DNA of 64,000 nucleotides from Dictyostelium discoideum (Eukaryota): NCBI GenBank assembly GCA_000004695.1, contig CM000154.2, positions 4,768,001 to 4,832,000 of the forward strand, read 5' to 3'. Shown piece by piece: positions 62,916 to 64,000 of this stretch (position 1 is its first letter; each line of letters starts with the position of its first letter). The notes under the pieces were generated by a model. It saw only the letters and a program-made list of their open reading frames with translations, ran no database searches and was not told where the DNA came from. The position numbers and the translations under genes were made by a program.

Positions 62916-63650
62916 TTAATTTGTTATTGTACCAGTTCTCCATTCATTATTAATACATGGACTACCACCACGATCTCTGCCATAATAGTCATAAGTGTTT
63001 CTATTGCATTGAGAATCAGTACTACATGGTACTTTAACTGAGCATTCGATTGGTTTATGATAACAACCATATAACATTGAGCAAAAATCAGCTGTACAAG
63101 GGTCTTTATTTAAAATTAAATTTTAATGTTAGAAAAAATAATTTAAAATATTAAATTTAAAATTCTTAATTAAAAATTCTTACTATTATCATCACAATTC
63201 ATTGGAGTTATATTCACATCCTTTTTCACCACAAGTATCAAGTGTACATGCATCATAATCTGAACAACGAGTTTCATAATGATAACAATATCCACGGAAA
63301 TCACAAAAATCAACTGTACAAGATCTGGTTTTGTTTTTTTAAATTTATTTTTATTTTTATAAATAATTAATAAATAATTAATAATTTAGAAAAAAAATTT
63401 TAAATTTTAATAATAAAAATAAATTTACATACTATTATCGTTTCATTTTTGTTCACATGATTGAGTTGGTTCTGGTGGATTTACTGGTGCGTTGACACAA
63501 CCATATGGACCACAACTACAATTGTATTATTATTTCCATCATTACAAGTATCAGCAATTTGATAACAACTTCTAGTATTTTCATCACAATGATTGGTATG
63601 ACAAATATCAACATTACTTTTTGGGCATATATATATTTACTCGTTTCAAA
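62916..63650 (-). CDS. Partial multi-exon gene encoding Cys-rich repeats (C..DFC....C.H.....C......C..D.C). The last exon, 62916..63103, ends at TAA. Upstream exon boundaries are unresolved and a frameshift is possible.
   Basis: Minus-strand translations read (D)PCTADFCSMLYGCYHKPIECSVKVPCSTDSQCNRN...SPCINNEWRTGTITN*, then SCTVDFCDFRGYCYHYETRCSDYDACTLDTCGEKGCEYN, then ...CHTNHCDENTRSCYQIADTCNDGNNNT and CSCGPYGCVNAPVNPPEPTQSCEQK in different frames. Confidence 0.45.
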
Positions 63651-64000
63651 ACAACTAAACATTGGAGAACAAACAAAAATTTTACAATTTGTATTCTTAA
63701 ACTCTTTTTTCTTTTAATTTTTTGAAAATTTTAAATTATCTTTATTGATAATCAAAAAATAAAAAATTAACAAATTATTTTTTTTCTTGGATTTTTATTC
63801 TTATTTTTTTTTAAGTCTTTTCCCTTGTGTTTTTTTTTTTTTCTTTTGGAGATTTAAAAAAATAAGAGTATTATTATGCATTTTAAAATTATTATTGATT
63901 ATCATTAAAAAATTACTTAATTGTTTTTTTTATTGAATTTTTTTTTTTTTTTAAAAAAAGTTAAATTTTATTTTTTAGGATGTCAATGGTTGAATTTGAT

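Overview
This window is AT-rich (about 75-80% A+T) nuclear genomic DNA of Dictyostelium discoideum type. It has long poly(A)/poly(T) runs, (AAT)n tracts encoding poly-Asn, short GTAAGT...AG introns, and Dictyostelium-typical protein families. All calls rest on reading the supplied ORF track and sequence by eye; no searches were run.

**Main content**
- Two nearly identical, tandemly duplicated units of about 13.35 kb. Each unit carries a TRAF-like pseudogene plus a complete multi-exon type I iterative polyketide synthase with domain order KS-AT-DH-cMT-ER-KR-ACP-R (4842..14775 and 18202..28077, minus strand).
- A TRAF-like (RING / TRAF zinc finger / MATH) family cluster: four apparently intact genes and at least six pseudogene fragments.
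- A cathepsin-L-like cysteine proteinase with five introns (probably cprA).
- Xanthine dehydrogenase in two exons.
- DAD1/OST2 in two exons.
- An alpha/beta-hydrolase fold-3 esterase.
- A very long low-complexity coiled-coil protein.
- Two adjacent orphan genes, one of which looks like a truncated Upf1-like helicase with a degenerate P-loop.
- A partial Cys-rich repeat gene.

**Mobile DNA**
- A 1.8 kb non-autonomous TIR element (28391..30206) inserted into PKS copy 2, with the matching empty site in copy 1 and an apparent 6 bp target-site duplication.
- A solo hairpin TIR unit (15619..15800).
- An intron-containing integrase-like (H2C2 + DDE) transposase fragment, resembling Tdd-4, lying between two assembly gaps.
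- A 167 bp MITE-like foldback (60278..60444).

There are also numerous microsatellites, tandem repeats and shared flank repeats.
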